Shown here in pieces: positions 51,145-60,739 of a stretch of 64,000 bases of DNA. Position numbers and translations under genes: made by a program. Origin of the DNA: an uncultured Campylobacter sp. (GTDB lineage Bacteria; Campylobacterota; Campylobacteria; Campylobacterales; Campylobacteraceae); NCBI RefSeq assembly GCF_938045775.1, contig NZ_CALIBH010000093.1, forward strand, positions 1,409-65,408. The letters run 5' to 3'. The notes under the pieces are model-generated. The model ran no database searches. It was not told the DNA's origin and saw nothing but the letters and a program-made list of their open reading frames with translations. Position 1 is the first letter of the stretch. Every line of letters starts with the position of its first letter.

Positions 51145-51585
51145 ATGGATCGCAAAAATGAGCCTGCAAATTTCAAATCCGCGGATGATGAGATGTTTGC
51201 GTTTCTATCGAGCTTGGGCGATCGCTGGCAGGTGAGCGAGGGCGGAGTGAAATTTATAGAAAAAAATTTCACCTTCGTCGGCTCCAAACCCGTCTTGCGG
51301 GAATTGAAAGATTACGCGACCGCGGACTGCCCCAGCTTTGCTGGTGCCAGAAGCTTCATAGACGCAAACCCCGCGGTAAAAGCAAGGATTTTGAGCGGCG
51401 AAATCCACTATCTAGGCGATAGCCTAACGAGTGCCGAGGTTAAATTTGCGCCCGAATATTTTTACGATTTTTTAAAATTTATAATGGAGCAGGTTCCCGA
51501 ACACCACTATTTTTTCAGTCCTACCGCGCGCTGGCTCCTGCTGGTTGCGATGGAGAAATACGTGGAATTTGCGGCTTTAGATTAG
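51145..51585 (+). CDS. Hypothetical protein
   Basis: ATG at 51145 preceded by AAGGA; 146 aa with host-like codon use. Confidence 0.65.
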   Translation: MDRKNEPANFKSADDEMFAFLSSLGDRWQVSEGGVKFIEKNFTFVGSKPVLRELKDYATADCPSFAGARSFIDANPAVKARILSGEIHYLGDSLTSAEVKFAPEYFYDFLKFIMEQVPEHHYFFSPTARWLLLVAMEKYVEFAALD

Positions 51586-51758
51586 CGTTTGGATCCGCAA
51601 AAATTTGCGAAATTTCGCCGTCTGTGCTGCGCAAATTCGGATCGGGCTGCGGTCTGCTACGGCAGGGCGGAAGAGGAGTGAAAGATCGGTTGAAATTTAT
51701 CGGCTGCAAAGATTGTGCCGCAGTGACGTGAAATTTAAACGGGCGCTCCGTTCGCGAA

Positions 51759-53108
51759 CTAGCCCTTGCCTAGCTTGATGCGTGCCCTAAAATCGGGCAT
51801 GATTTGCGCGATGAGCGCGTAAAAATCCGCTCCGTGGTTTGCATGGATGAGGTGCGCGAGCTCGTGCAGCACGACGTATTCGACGAAGCGCGGATCCCGC
51901 TCTATCAGGCTTAGCGAGAAGTTGAGATAGCCCTTAGCGTGGTTACAGCTGCCCCAGCGCGTCTGCATTTTGCGCACCCGCACCCGCGCGATCTTGCGGT
52001 CTATCCGCGACGAAAATTTCTCGATATAGCGCAGATAAAGCTCAAGCGCAAAAGCCTTTTTAAACGCCGCAAATTCGCCCTCGCTCTCGCAAAAGATCGT
52101 GCCCTCCGATACGAAAATTTTATCTTTAAATTTAGAGCTTTGGATAAAATTTTTGATCGTAAAATCAGGCTCATCGTGCTCGATCGCTGCAGTTTGCGCG
52201 CTTTGCGCTACATTTTGCGGCACGTTTTCGCTCGCGGATTTTGAAATTTTTTCGCTCATGAGCGGAATTTCTTCGCCCACGACAGAGCTAAAATTTGAAA
52301 TTCCTCCGCTCTCGGCGGGTCTAAATTTTGAAATTCCTTCACCCGCGATAGGTTTAAATTTTAAAATTTCACCCTTTGCGGCGGGATCAAATTTTAAAAT
52401 TTCGCCGCTTGAGGCGGAGTTAAATTTACCCGCATCGCTACTTTGTGAAACGCACCCGTCCGAGTGAAATTTTAAATTTTTGCCGTAGGATTGCTTACGA
52501 ACACTTTGCGACGCCGTATCTATAAACCCGCCGCTTTGTCGCATTGCGCTTTGCTGTACGAGCCCTTGCACCGCATCACCGTGCAGGTTAAATTTCAAAT
52601 CCTCGCCCGCCGCATTACTTTGCGAAGTGCGTTCGCCCGAGTGAAATTTTAAAATTTCACTTCCCGTGCCGCCGCACGCACCGTCATTCATGCCGCCCGT
52701 GCCGTTATTTGCGCTGCCTCTCACGTCGTCGCCGCTACCGCCTATGCTCGCGCCGCTTTGTAAATGAGCTGAATTTGCACCGCCCGCGCCGCTATCTCCT
52801 AAATTTTCATTCGCGCCGCAGTTTGTACCGAGCCCGCCCTCGCGGCTAAATTTCAGCTTGTAAATTTTGCCTAAAATTCTAACCTGATCGCTCGCTAGTA
52901 GTTTGCTTCGCAGCCGCTCTAGCGTTTGGCGAATCCAGCTTTCGTGCTTTAGGATGAAGTCTTTCGCTTGCGTCACGGTGTAGGAGCACGGCACGCTGAC
53001 GCTGATCTCGCAGTCCTTGCTAATGCGGATGCGCGCGTATTTCATCCGCTTAAAGCGCAGGCTGATCTGCAAGCCTAGCAAATTTAAACTAACTTTTTGC
53101 TCTGCCAT
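51759..53108 (-). CDS. YgjP/DUF45 (SprT-like) zinc metalloprotease-family protein with a large repetitive insert
   Basis: MQTRWGSC, YVVLHELAHL.H.NHG..FY; N-terminal part separated by about 230 low-complexity residues. Confidence 0.85.
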   Translation of the reverse strand: MAEQKVSLNLLGLQISLRFKRMKYARIRISKDCEISVSVPCSYTVTQAKDFILKHESWIRQTLERLRSKLLASDQVRILGKIYKLKFSREGGLGTNCGANENLGDSGAGGANSAHLQSGASIGGSGDDVRGSANNGTGGMNDGACGGTGSEILKFHSGERTSQSNAAGEDLKFNLHGDAVQGLVQQSAMRQSGGFIDTASQSVRKQSYGKNLKFHSDGCVSQSSDAGKFNSASSGEILKFDPAAKGEILKFKPIAGEGISKFRPAESGGISNFSSVVGEEIPLMSEKISKSASENVPQNVAQSAQTAAIEHDEPDFTIKNFIQSSKFKDKIFVSEGTIFCESEGEFAAFKKAFALELYLRYIEKFSSRIDRKIARVRVRKMQTRWGSCNHAKGYLNFSLSLIERDPRFVEYVVLHELAHLIHANHGADFYALIAQIMPDFRARIKLGKG

Positions 53109-54406
53109 TTTTTACTTATCCATCGCGCCGTATTCGCGCTGCCGCGCAGCCACTCGTCGCAGAAAAACCCGATCCAAACGCCCAAAATTCCATACCCCAG
53201 ATGAATGCCCAAAAGCCAGCCCACCGGGATCGAGACGCCCCACATAAAGATCACGCCCATCGCAAAGGGAAACCTCGCGTCGCCGCTTGCGCGCAGGGCG
53301 TTTACGAACACGATATTAAGCGTCCGCCCGAACTCAAGCCCCAGCGTGAGGTAAAAAAGCAGCCGCATGACCTGTTTGTGCGCCTCGCTTAGGCTCAACA
53401 TCTCCATGATCTGCTCGCGCGCCAAAAACACGATCGCGACGAAAAGCGCCGTCGCCCCGAGTCCGAAGCGCAGCGCGGTAAATGTGTGTCGGTACGCCTC
53501 CTGCGGCTTGGCGGCGCCTACGAGGCGGCCTACGATCACTTCGTTTGCCATACTGATCGCGCTTCCGCCGAAGAATATGAATGATGAAATTTGAAAATAG
53601 ATCGTCTGCACGGTAAGGCTCGCCTCGCCCATGCTCGCGACGAAGGCGAAGGCGACGAGATACTGCACGATCCACAGCATGTTTTCGCCCGCACTCGGAA
53701 GCCCTACGGATAGAATTTTACGCAGCGTGGCGAGCTTGATCTTTAAAAACATCGTGAGGTAAAATTTTATCTTTAGCACCTTCGTGATGATGAGGAAGAA
53801 TAAAAATACGCCGATCATGCGCCCCGCGATCGTGCTCACGCCGATGCCCTCAAGCCCGTAGTACGGCAGTCCGAACGGCCGAAAGAGCACGACGTAGTTG
53901 CCCGCGAGCGTTACTAAATTCATAACCACGGAGACCGCGATGATGAAATTTGCGTATCCGTAAACGCGCACGATGGCGCTAAGCACGATCGCGACGGCGT
54001 CTATCGCAAAGACGATGCTAATGACCTTAAGATAGATCGCGCTTTCGCTTAAAAGCTCGGCGGGCACCTGCAGCGCGCGGAGTAAAAACGGCGCGCAGCT
54101 AAAGACGAAAACGCCGCTGCAAAGCCCCACAAGCGCGTTAAATGCGATGCTCGTGTGGATCGCGCGCATGGCTAGGACTTTGTTTTTCGCCCCCAGCGCC
54201 TGCGCTACGAGTACCGAGCAGCCCACGGCGAGGAAGCCGAAAACGGTGACGAAGAGCAAAAATATCTCGTTGCCCGCCCCCAGCGCGCCCACGAGCGAGA
54301 CGTCCACGCGCGAGATCATGTAGGTGTTGATAAACGTGGTTACTAGGCGCAAAAACATATCGACGTAGATTGCTAGCGAGAGCCTGAGTAGCGAGATTTC
54401 TTTCAT
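53084..54406 (-). CDS. MATE-family efflux transporter
   Basis: About 12 TMs; SVLVAQALGA, ILSVGLPSAGE, ALRASGDA, GILGVWIG. Confidence 0.92.
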   Translation of the reverse strand: MKEISLLRLSLAIYVDMFLRLVTTFINTYMISRVDVSLVGALGAGNEIFLLFVTVFGFLAVGCSVLVAQALGAKNKVLAMRAIHTSIAFNALVGLCSGVFVFSCAPFLLRALQVPAELLSESAIYLKVISIVFAIDAVAIVLSAIVRVYGYANFIIAVSVVMNLVTLAGNYVVLFRPFGLPYYGLEGIGVSTIAGRMIGVFLFFLIITKVLKIKFYLTMFLKIKLATLRKILSVGLPSAGENMLWIVQYLVAFAFVASMGEASLTVQTIYFQISSFIFFGGSAISMANEVIVGRLVGAAKPQEAYRHTFTALRFGLGATALFVAIVFLAREQIMEMLSLSEAHKQVMRLLFYLTLGLEFGRTLNIVFVNALRASGDARFPFAMGVIFMWGVSIPVGWLLGIHLGYGILGVWIGFFCDEWLRGSANTARWISKKWQSKKLV

Positions 54407-54466
54407 ATTTTGCCTTTATTTGGGGGAAATTGTAGCCGAAAATTCTTTTAGGTTTGCTTTTGCGCA

Positions 54467-54475
54467 GGGGGGGGG
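54467..54475. repeat. G9 homopolymer tract upstream of the MATE gene
   Basis: tgcgcaGGGGGGGGGcgagc. Confidence 0.9.
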
Positions 54476-54657
54476 CGAGCGGAGTTGTTTTCGCACGCTG
54501 CGCGTAGAATTGAAATTTACGGCGCCGTGCGCGAATATGCGGTGATTTAGTGCGGATGAGCGGTTGATTTTCTTTGGCGCTGTAGCAGCGGCGAATGAGC
54601 GGTTTTAATAAATGGAGCGCGGAATTTAAACGCGGATGTTTTTAAATAAACATCAAG

Positions 54658-54939
54658 TTATCTCAATAAATTTTGCTTAAATATCGCCAGGATAACGATC
54701 GTATCGTCGGGTTCGTCTATTAGATACGGGATTACGAAACCCTTAAATATGAAATCTCTAATTTTATTATCGTCAAAGCTTTTTGATCTACGAAATTTAT
54801 ACGGCATAAAGCCAAGCTCGCCTGCCCGCGCAAAAAGCTCGTTTTTAAAATTTTCCGCCGCATCCTCTGAGCGCTCTGCGATAAATTCTACGATCTTGCT
54901 AAGCTGCGCGCGAAATCTTTTAGACTGGATTATTTTCAA
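54658..54939 (-). CDS. RelE/ParE-family type II toxin
   Basis: 93 aa; MKII.S.RF..QL..I..FIA...AA..F...L..MPY, IRDFIFKGFVIPY, IVILAIF. Confidence 0.85.
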   Translation of the reverse strand: MKIIQSKRFRAQLSKIVEFIAERSEDAAENFKNELFARAGELGFMPYKFRRSKSFDDNKIRDFIFKGFVIPYLIDEPDDTIVILAIFKQNLLR

Positions 54940-55187
54940 TTTTTCCAGCCCTTGCCTAGCTTCTCAAAGCCGCTTAGATCGCCGTTTGCGTATGATTTTA
55001 AATCTACATCCATTCCGTTTTTTATCTCGTCGTAACTTTCGCCGGATTTAAACTCCGATAGAATCATTTCTAAGCTTTTCTCGCCGCTTAGAGTGATCTG
55101 TGCGGAGGGATCAATTTTTAAAAAAAGCTTCTTAAAAGTTTCGAGAGTATCGCGATCGACGCCGCTTTGAATCTGCATAGTGATCAT
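54936..55187 (-). CDS. Putative cognate antitoxin
   Basis: 83-aa acidic ORF overlapping the toxin start; AAGGAG RBS. Confidence 0.65.
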   Translation of the reverse strand: MITMQIQSGVDRDTLETFKKLFLKIDPSAQITLSGEKSLEMILSEFKSGESYDEIKNGMDVDLKSYANGDLSGFEKLGKGWKN

Positions 55188-55209
55188 TTTGGCTCCTTAA
55201 ATTTTAGCG

Positions 55210-55218
55210 ATTATAGCA
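55210..55218 (-). promoter_or_regulatory. Extended -10 promoter (TGCTATAAT) of the TA pair
   Basis: Reverse complement of attatagca, 22 nt upstream of the antitoxin ATG. Confidence 0.7.
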
Positions 55219-55274
55219 GCTCATAGCTAAATTTAATATAGCCAAAGCTCATAAAATTTTAAAATTTATGCTCG

Positions 55275-55715
55275 CTAGATCGAATTTCGCTTCCTCATGT
55301 GGATCGTAAAGTGCTCCGACGCGTCCTTAAAGTCGCATTTTTGCAGGAATTCTCCGGCACCCTCGGCCTTGTGTAGAGGGGTCACGACAAAGGTGGTGGT
55401 GTGCGCAAAGCGTTTATTAAAGGCATTCACGAGCGCCGTGCCGATACCGCGCCTTTGATAATCCTTATGAACTATCACGCAGTAAAGATAGCTTGTAGCG
55501 AAGTTGTCGCGGTCGCAAAACGCCTCCAGCACCCCCACGGTCTTGCCTTGCGTTTTGGCGATCGCCACGTAATCATAGGTTCGCCACACCCTGTATGTTT
55601 CGTGCGGCGGCACGGAGGCTGCGTTTTGTTCCGTATCCCAGCCGATCGAGATCATTATCTCATCTATATCGCTAGGCTTAAAATCGGCGGAATTTTCTAA
55701 AATTTCAAACTCCAT
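55275..55715 (-). CDS. GNAT-family N-acetyltransferase
   Basis: VIVHKDYQRRGIGTALV acetyl-CoA motif. Confidence 0.9.
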   Translation of the reverse strand: MEFEILENSADFKPSDIDEIMISIGWDTEQNAASVPPHETYRVWRTYDYVAIAKTQGKTVGVLEAFCDRDNFATSYLYCVIVHKDYQRRGIGTALVNAFNKRFAHTTTFVVTPLHKAEGAGEFLQKCDFKDASEHFTIHMRKRNSI

Positions 55716-55933
55716 CTTCGCTCCTTAATTGAAATAACTTTTCAAATCGCAAGTATATCGCCGTAGCTTTAAAACGGCATTAAATATCAATTAGCGGCTC
55801 TTTCAGAGAGGTTTAAATTTTAAAATTTAAAGGCACGGCAAGGCGCGGTGCGTAAATTTAAACCCGAATCTAAAATTCCAACCATTTACCGCAATTTGAT
55901 ATAAACTCGGCAAAATTTTCCCAAGGATCCCCG

Positions 55934-56920
55934 ATGCAAACGCTTGATTTTCACGTCCATCTGCTAAGCAAGGAGGTGCGCTTCGATCACCCTTACGACA
56001 GGCTCGCGCTGCGCCTTTTCGGCAGGCGCTTCGGCATAGACGTATCGCGCGCGATCAAAGAGCCCTATGAAGCCTATGTGGACGCTCTGCTCGGCGGGCT
56101 TAGAGCTTCGAAATACGTTAAAAAGGCGGTGCTTTTCGGCGTGGATGCTAAATTTAGCGACGCGGGCGAGCTAATCCATCGCGATAAGACCGTCTGTGCG
56201 GACAACGACAGCGTGTTTGAAATTTATCAAAAAAACCCTGATCTCATCGTGCCGTTTTTTAGCATCAATCCAAAGCGAGTGGACGCGCTAGATGAGATCG
56301 ATCGCTGCTTTGAGCTCGGATTTAAGGGAGCGAAATTTTTACAAAACTATTGGGATCTGGATACGAGGCTGCCTCGCTACGTGCCGTATTTTGAAAAGCT
56401 CGCTAAGCTCGGCTTGCCGCTGGTGATCCACGTCGGCAACGAAAGCTCGGTGCCGAGCACTCGCCGCTACGAGGCGCTGGAGATGATCTACGCGCCGCTT
56501 GAGCTGGGCGTCACGACAGTGTGCGCGCACATGGCGATTAACTACGAGTATCCGCATATTTTTCGTGCGCTCTCGCGTCGCCCGCGAAATTTCGGACACG
56601 ATTATTTCGCGCTTCTGGCGCTTCTGCGCACGCACAAAAACCTCTACGCCGACGTTTCCGCGCTTATGACGCCGGTGCGCGCCAAGGCTCTGCCCCATCT
56701 AGCGAGCCAAACGGACGTGCACTCGCGCTTGCTTTACGCTTCGGACTTTCCGGTGCCGTATTCTGCGATATACAACACCTACGATCTGCGCCTGTCGCAG
56801 CGTATCGCGCTGCATAAAGAGCCCAACCCTTTCGATCGCAACGCGCGCGGACTGCTAGCGTATTTCGGCGAGCAGAGCGAGTTGTGGAGTAACTACAAAA
56901 AAATTCTGCCCTTTGCATAG
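55934..56920 (+). CDS. Amidohydrolase-family (TIM-barrel metal-dependent) protein
   Basis: DFHVH, GFKGAK, IHVG, AHM, NLYADVS, LLYASDFP. Confidence 0.88.
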   Translation: MQTLDFHVHLLSKEVRFDHPYDRLALRLFGRRFGIDVSRAIKEPYEAYVDALLGGLRASKYVKKAVLFGVDAKFSDAGELIHRDKTVCADNDSVFEIYQKNPDLIVPFFSINPKRVDALDEIDRCFELGFKGAKFLQNYWDLDTRLPRYVPYFEKLAKLGLPLVIHVGNESSVPSTRRYEALEMIYAPLELGVTTVCAHMAINYEYPHIFRALSRRPRNFGHDYFALLALLRTHKNLYADVSALMTPVRAKALPHLASQTDVHSRLLYASDFPVPYSAIYNTYDLRLSQRIALHKEPNPFDRNARGLLAYFGEQSELWSNYKKILPFA

Positions 56921-57300
56921 ATGGTAAAATTTAGGGCGTGCGGTTAGAATTCGGTGCATTTGCAGCTTTTCGCAGTTGGTTCCGAGCAAATGTAGGAAAT
57001 GACATAGTGAGCGCGAGTAATGGGGCGGTCGGCGCTGTCTGTATAGCGAGAGAAAAGGCGAAACGTGCGTCGGGCAAAGCGCTCAGTAGAGAACTGATAA
57101 TGAAGTATGTGTCGCGAAATTTCACAGGACGAATTTTGCAAACGGTAATTCGCAAAATTCCGCATATTCCGCCGCCGCAAATTCGGCAGATATCGGTTGA
57201 GTGCATTCACTCGACGTTAAATTTAAAATTTAAACCGAGCGGCGCGTATCGTAGCGCCGAAGCGCTCGTTGGTGCAGTGTAAATTTTGAAATTTCAGCGG

Positions 57301-57455
57301 TAAATTTAGCTCGTAAACACATAAATAAAACGGCAAGATCATACACGGCGCGCTGCTGTTTAAATTTAGCTTGCAGGCATGCTAAATCCTATCGAGCGCG
57401 ACTACAAGGCGCGTATGATAGAGTTTAAATTTAGCTTGCAGGTGCGCTAATTCTA
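57301..57455. repeat. Degenerate 60-65-bp tandem repeat with a palindromic head
   Basis: GTTTAAATTTAGCTTGCAGG exact at 57358 and 57423; degenerate copy at about 57300. Confidence 0.65.
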
Positions 57456-57877
57456 GCCGTGAGACGATTTGCTTCAAATTTTATAATGACGGCTCGTTTG
57501 AAATTTTAAACCACTAGCGCAATCTGCAAAAATTTAGCGCTATCCTGCCTGAAATTCGCATTACGCCGTGCCGCCTGTGCCGCATCGACGTCGAGTCGTA
57601 TGATTTACGCTCAAAACTGATTCACACTTATCAAAGCCGCTAAAGCACCGACCACGCGCTGTGTCATTCGCGCCGAATTGCGTAGCGCCATTTTTGCGAC
57701 ATTGCTCATGCTATAAAATTTAACGTGGGTTTGTCTTAAATTCCATTGCATCGCGCAAAAAACCGTTGCGCGAGAAATTCCAGCGGCAGATTGCTTAAAT
57801 TTACGCTTCTTGGCTCGTTTCTTTCAATCTCTCACCGCACTTTATTCTGTCGCTAAATTTTAAAATTTGCTCGAATT

Positions 57878-58702
57878 TTAGGAGTTTACCAGCTTTAAAA
57901 GCGCCTTTGAAATTCTTGCGATCTCATCTTGCATATGCCCGCCAGGATTTTGCTCAAACTCCGCTTTTGCGCCCGCGCCGCGGCATTTTGCGATGAAATT
58001 TCGCGCCGTCTCGCCGCAGAGTGCTCCGCGCGGATTTTTCGGGTTCATCTCGGCCTCGCCCAAGGACGCGTAGACGTGCGCCAGCCCCCTTTGCGGCGAG
58101 TGTGCGGCGACGAAGGCGTCAAATCCGCTGAACCAAAACGACGCCGAGACGCAGGCGATCTTTTGAAATTTATCGCTTGCAAACGCCGCGTACGCGCTAA
58201 AAAGCCCTGCCAGCGAGTATCCCGCGCACGCTCGCCACGCAGGTTTGCCCGCGCCGAATACGTGCCGCTCGATACGCGGGATCAACTCGTCCGCAAATTT
58301 TTCTAAGTGCGCCGCGCCTCCACCTGCGAAATCGCGCACTCCCTTAAACGGCGATTTTGCCGCCCATGGGCTAAGCTTATTGCCCCACTGCGCTTCGTTT
58401 AGATAGACCGCCGCAAGCACGAAATTCGCGCCGCTTTGTCGTGAGACGAGCTCGTAAATTTCGCCCATGCTAGCCGCATCAAAATCCAAGGCGTGCAGGT
58501 AGATGATAGGTGCGGCACTCAAGCGGGGCAGGGCGGTTTGTGCGGACGCGGCTGGCACTGTATTCGGCATAGATGACGCGGATGAAATCGAGTCGGTAGC
58601 CGCCGTAAATTCTGGTCTAGTATCTAGCACGGACGACGCATCAGGCGAGCAATGCGGGGCGAAAATTTCTACGCGCAGGCCGTTAAATTCCAAACTTTGC
58701 AT
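57878..58702 (-). CDS. Alpha/beta-hydrolase (esterase family)
   Basis: LSPW, FAGG...L, GYSLAGLF nucleophile elbow, SASFW, SLGEAE, NPGGH. Confidence 0.85.
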   Translation of the reverse strand: MQSLEFNGLRVEIFAPHCSPDASSVLDTRPEFTAATDSISSASSMPNTVPAASAQTALPRLSAAPIIYLHALDFDAASMGEIYELVSRQSGANFVLAAVYLNEAQWGNKLSPWAAKSPFKGVRDFAGGGAAHLEKFADELIPRIERHVFGAGKPAWRACAGYSLAGLFSAYAAFASDKFQKIACVSASFWFSGFDAFVAAHSPQRGLAHVYASLGEAEMNPKNPRGALCGETARNFIAKCRGAGAKAEFEQNPGGHMQDEIARISKALLKLVNS

Positions 58703-58781
58703 CGCTAAACCTTTAAAAGTTATTAAAATTTAATAGAATTTTGTGTAAAATCATCAAATTTAACATTAGAGGAACTTAAAA

Positions 58782-60734
58782 TTGGCTTTGATCGAGCTTA
58801 TCGATGTTACGAAAAAATTCGGCTCTCACGTCGTTTTAGACGGCGTAAATTTCGCACTGGACGCTAACGAGCGCGTTGCCGTAATCGGCAAAAACGGCGG
58901 CGGCAAATCCACGCTGATGAAGATAATTGCAGGTCTGTGCGAGATTGACGAGGGGCGCGTGATCACTCAAAACGGGCTAAATATCCAGATGCTCGCTCAA
59001 ACGCCGAAATTTGAAGACAATCTCTCGGTCAAAGACGCGTTGCGAAGGGAGCTAGCCGAAATTTACGCCGCCCTTAGCGAATATGACACGATCTCGAGTA
59101 AGATCGCCGCACAGCCCGAAAACAAGGAACTTTTAGCGCGCCAAGACGAGCTGATTAAATTTATCGAAGCCAAGGACGGCTGGCAGATCGATAATAAGAT
59201 CGAGCAGGTGCTGCAAAATTTCGGACTTAAAATTTATGAAAACCGCTCCGTCTGCACGCTTAGCGGCGGCGAAATTCGTCGCGTGGCGCTAGGCGCACTG
59301 GTACTTAAAAAGCCCGACGTGCTGCTGCTGGACGAGCCCACGAACCACCTCGATGTCTATATGGTGAAATTTCTAGAGGATATGCTGCTTAGCTCGAAGC
59401 AGACGATCGTTTTTATCAGCCACGATCGCTACTTCATCGACCGCTTGGCGACGCGCAGTATCGAGATCGAAGAGGGTAAAATTTCAAATTTCGACGGCGG
59501 ATATGAGAACTATCTGAGGCGCAAGCAGGAGATGCTTGCTTCGCTCGAAAAGTCCCACGAGACGCTGCTTAAACAGCTGCGCGCCGAGGAGGAGTGGCTG
59601 CGCCGCGGTGTAAAGGCGCGCCTTAAACGCAACGAAGGGCGCAAGGCGCGCATCATGCAGATGAGGCAGGATGCGAAGAAAAACCCGGGCGCGATCCGTC
59701 GCGTGCGGCTAGAGCTGGAGCGCGCGAGCAGGAGCTTTAACGGCACGGGCGGCGATAATCGCAAAAAGATGCTTTTTGAATGCACGAATATCGGTAAAAT
59801 TTTAAACGGCAAGGTGCTTTTCAAGGGCTTTTCGGCGCGAGTTTTGCAGGGCGAGCGCATCGGCATCGTAGGCGCTAACGGCGCGGGCAAAAGTACTTTG
59901 CTTAAAATTTTACTCGGTCGCAGCAAGATCGATGCGGGCGAGATCAAACGCGGCGAGATCAGGATCGGCTACTTCGATCAGACCCGCAGCGGCATCACGG
60001 ATGATAAAAGCATAATCGAAATTTTCTGCCCCAACGGCGGCGATCACATAAGCGTCCGCGGCAGCTACATGCACGTATACGGATATTTGAAAAATTTCTT
60101 GTTTCCGAAGGAATTTTTGGATAAGCCCGTAGGCGTTCTTAGCGGCGGCGAAAAGAACCGTCTGGCGCTTGCGAAGCTCTTTACTGAGCAGTATGATTGT
60201 TTGATCTTGGACGAGCCGACGAACGATCTTGATATCGCGACGATCAATATTTTGGAGGACTACCTGCTAAGCTTCGAAGGCGCGGTAATCATCGTAAGCC
60301 ACGATCGCTATTTTATCGATAAGATTACGAATAAGCTTTGGGTTTTTGAGAAAAACGGCACGATCGATCAAATTCAAATGCCCTATTCGCAGTATTTGGA
60401 GTTTGAAGACGAGATGGCGGAGATTGATCAGATCGAGGCCGACGCTGGCGCGAGCGTGAGCGCGGAGGAAGGCGGCCGCGAAAACAAAAAGGAAAAGACG
60501 AGCGCTGCAAAACTTAGCTACAAACAGAATAAAATTTTAGAAGAGTACCCCGCTAAGATCGAGGCTATCGAGGCGCGCATAAAGGAGCTAAATCACGCGC
60601 TTTCGACGCCTGAAATTTATCAAAAGCTCGGGATGCAGGGACTTTTTGAAGAGCTTGAAGAAAAAAGAGGAACGTTAAACAGTATGGAAAATGAATATTA
60701 CGAAGTGCTTTCGCTCGCCGAGAGCATAAAGTAG
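58782..60734 (+). CDS. ABC-F family ATPase (Uup-like)
   Basis: Two ABC domains (GKNGGGKST, GANGAGKST, LSGGE, DEPTN), linker EEEWLRRGVKAR, C-terminal coiled coil. Confidence 0.93.
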   Translation: MALIELIDVTKKFGSHVVLDGVNFALDANERVAVIGKNGGGKSTLMKIIAGLCEIDEGRVITQNGLNIQMLAQTPKFEDNLSVKDALRRELAEIYAALSEYDTISSKIAAQPENKELLARQDELIKFIEAKDGWQIDNKIEQVLQNFGLKIYENRSVCTLSGGEIRRVALGALVLKKPDVLLLDEPTNHLDVYMVKFLEDMLLSSKQTIVFISHDRYFIDRLATRSIEIEEGKISNFDGGYENYLRRKQEMLASLEKSHETLLKQLRAEEEWLRRGVKARLKRNEGRKARIMQMRQDAKKNPGAIRRVRLELERASRSFNGTGGDNRKKMLFECTNIGKILNGKVLFKGFSARVLQGERIGIVGANGAGKSTLLKILLGRSKIDAGEIKRGEIRIGYFDQTRSGITDDKSIIEIFCPNGGDHISVRGSYMHVYGYLKNFLFPKEFLDKPVGVLSGGEKNRLALAKLFTEQYDCLILDEPTNDLDIATINILEDYLLSFEGAVIIVSHDRYFIDKITNKLWVFEKNGTIDQIQMPYSQYLEFEDEMAEIDQIEADAGASVSAEEGGRENKKEKTSAAKLSYKQNKILEEYPAKIEAIEARIKELNHALSTPEIYQKLGMQGLFEELEEKRGTLNSMENEYYEVLSLAESIK

Positions 60735-60739
60735 GCGCG

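Noticed and set aside
56931..57282. Three overlapping short ORFs
   Set aside because: Mutually overlapping, with no motifs or RBS; RAATTY-rich spacer DNA
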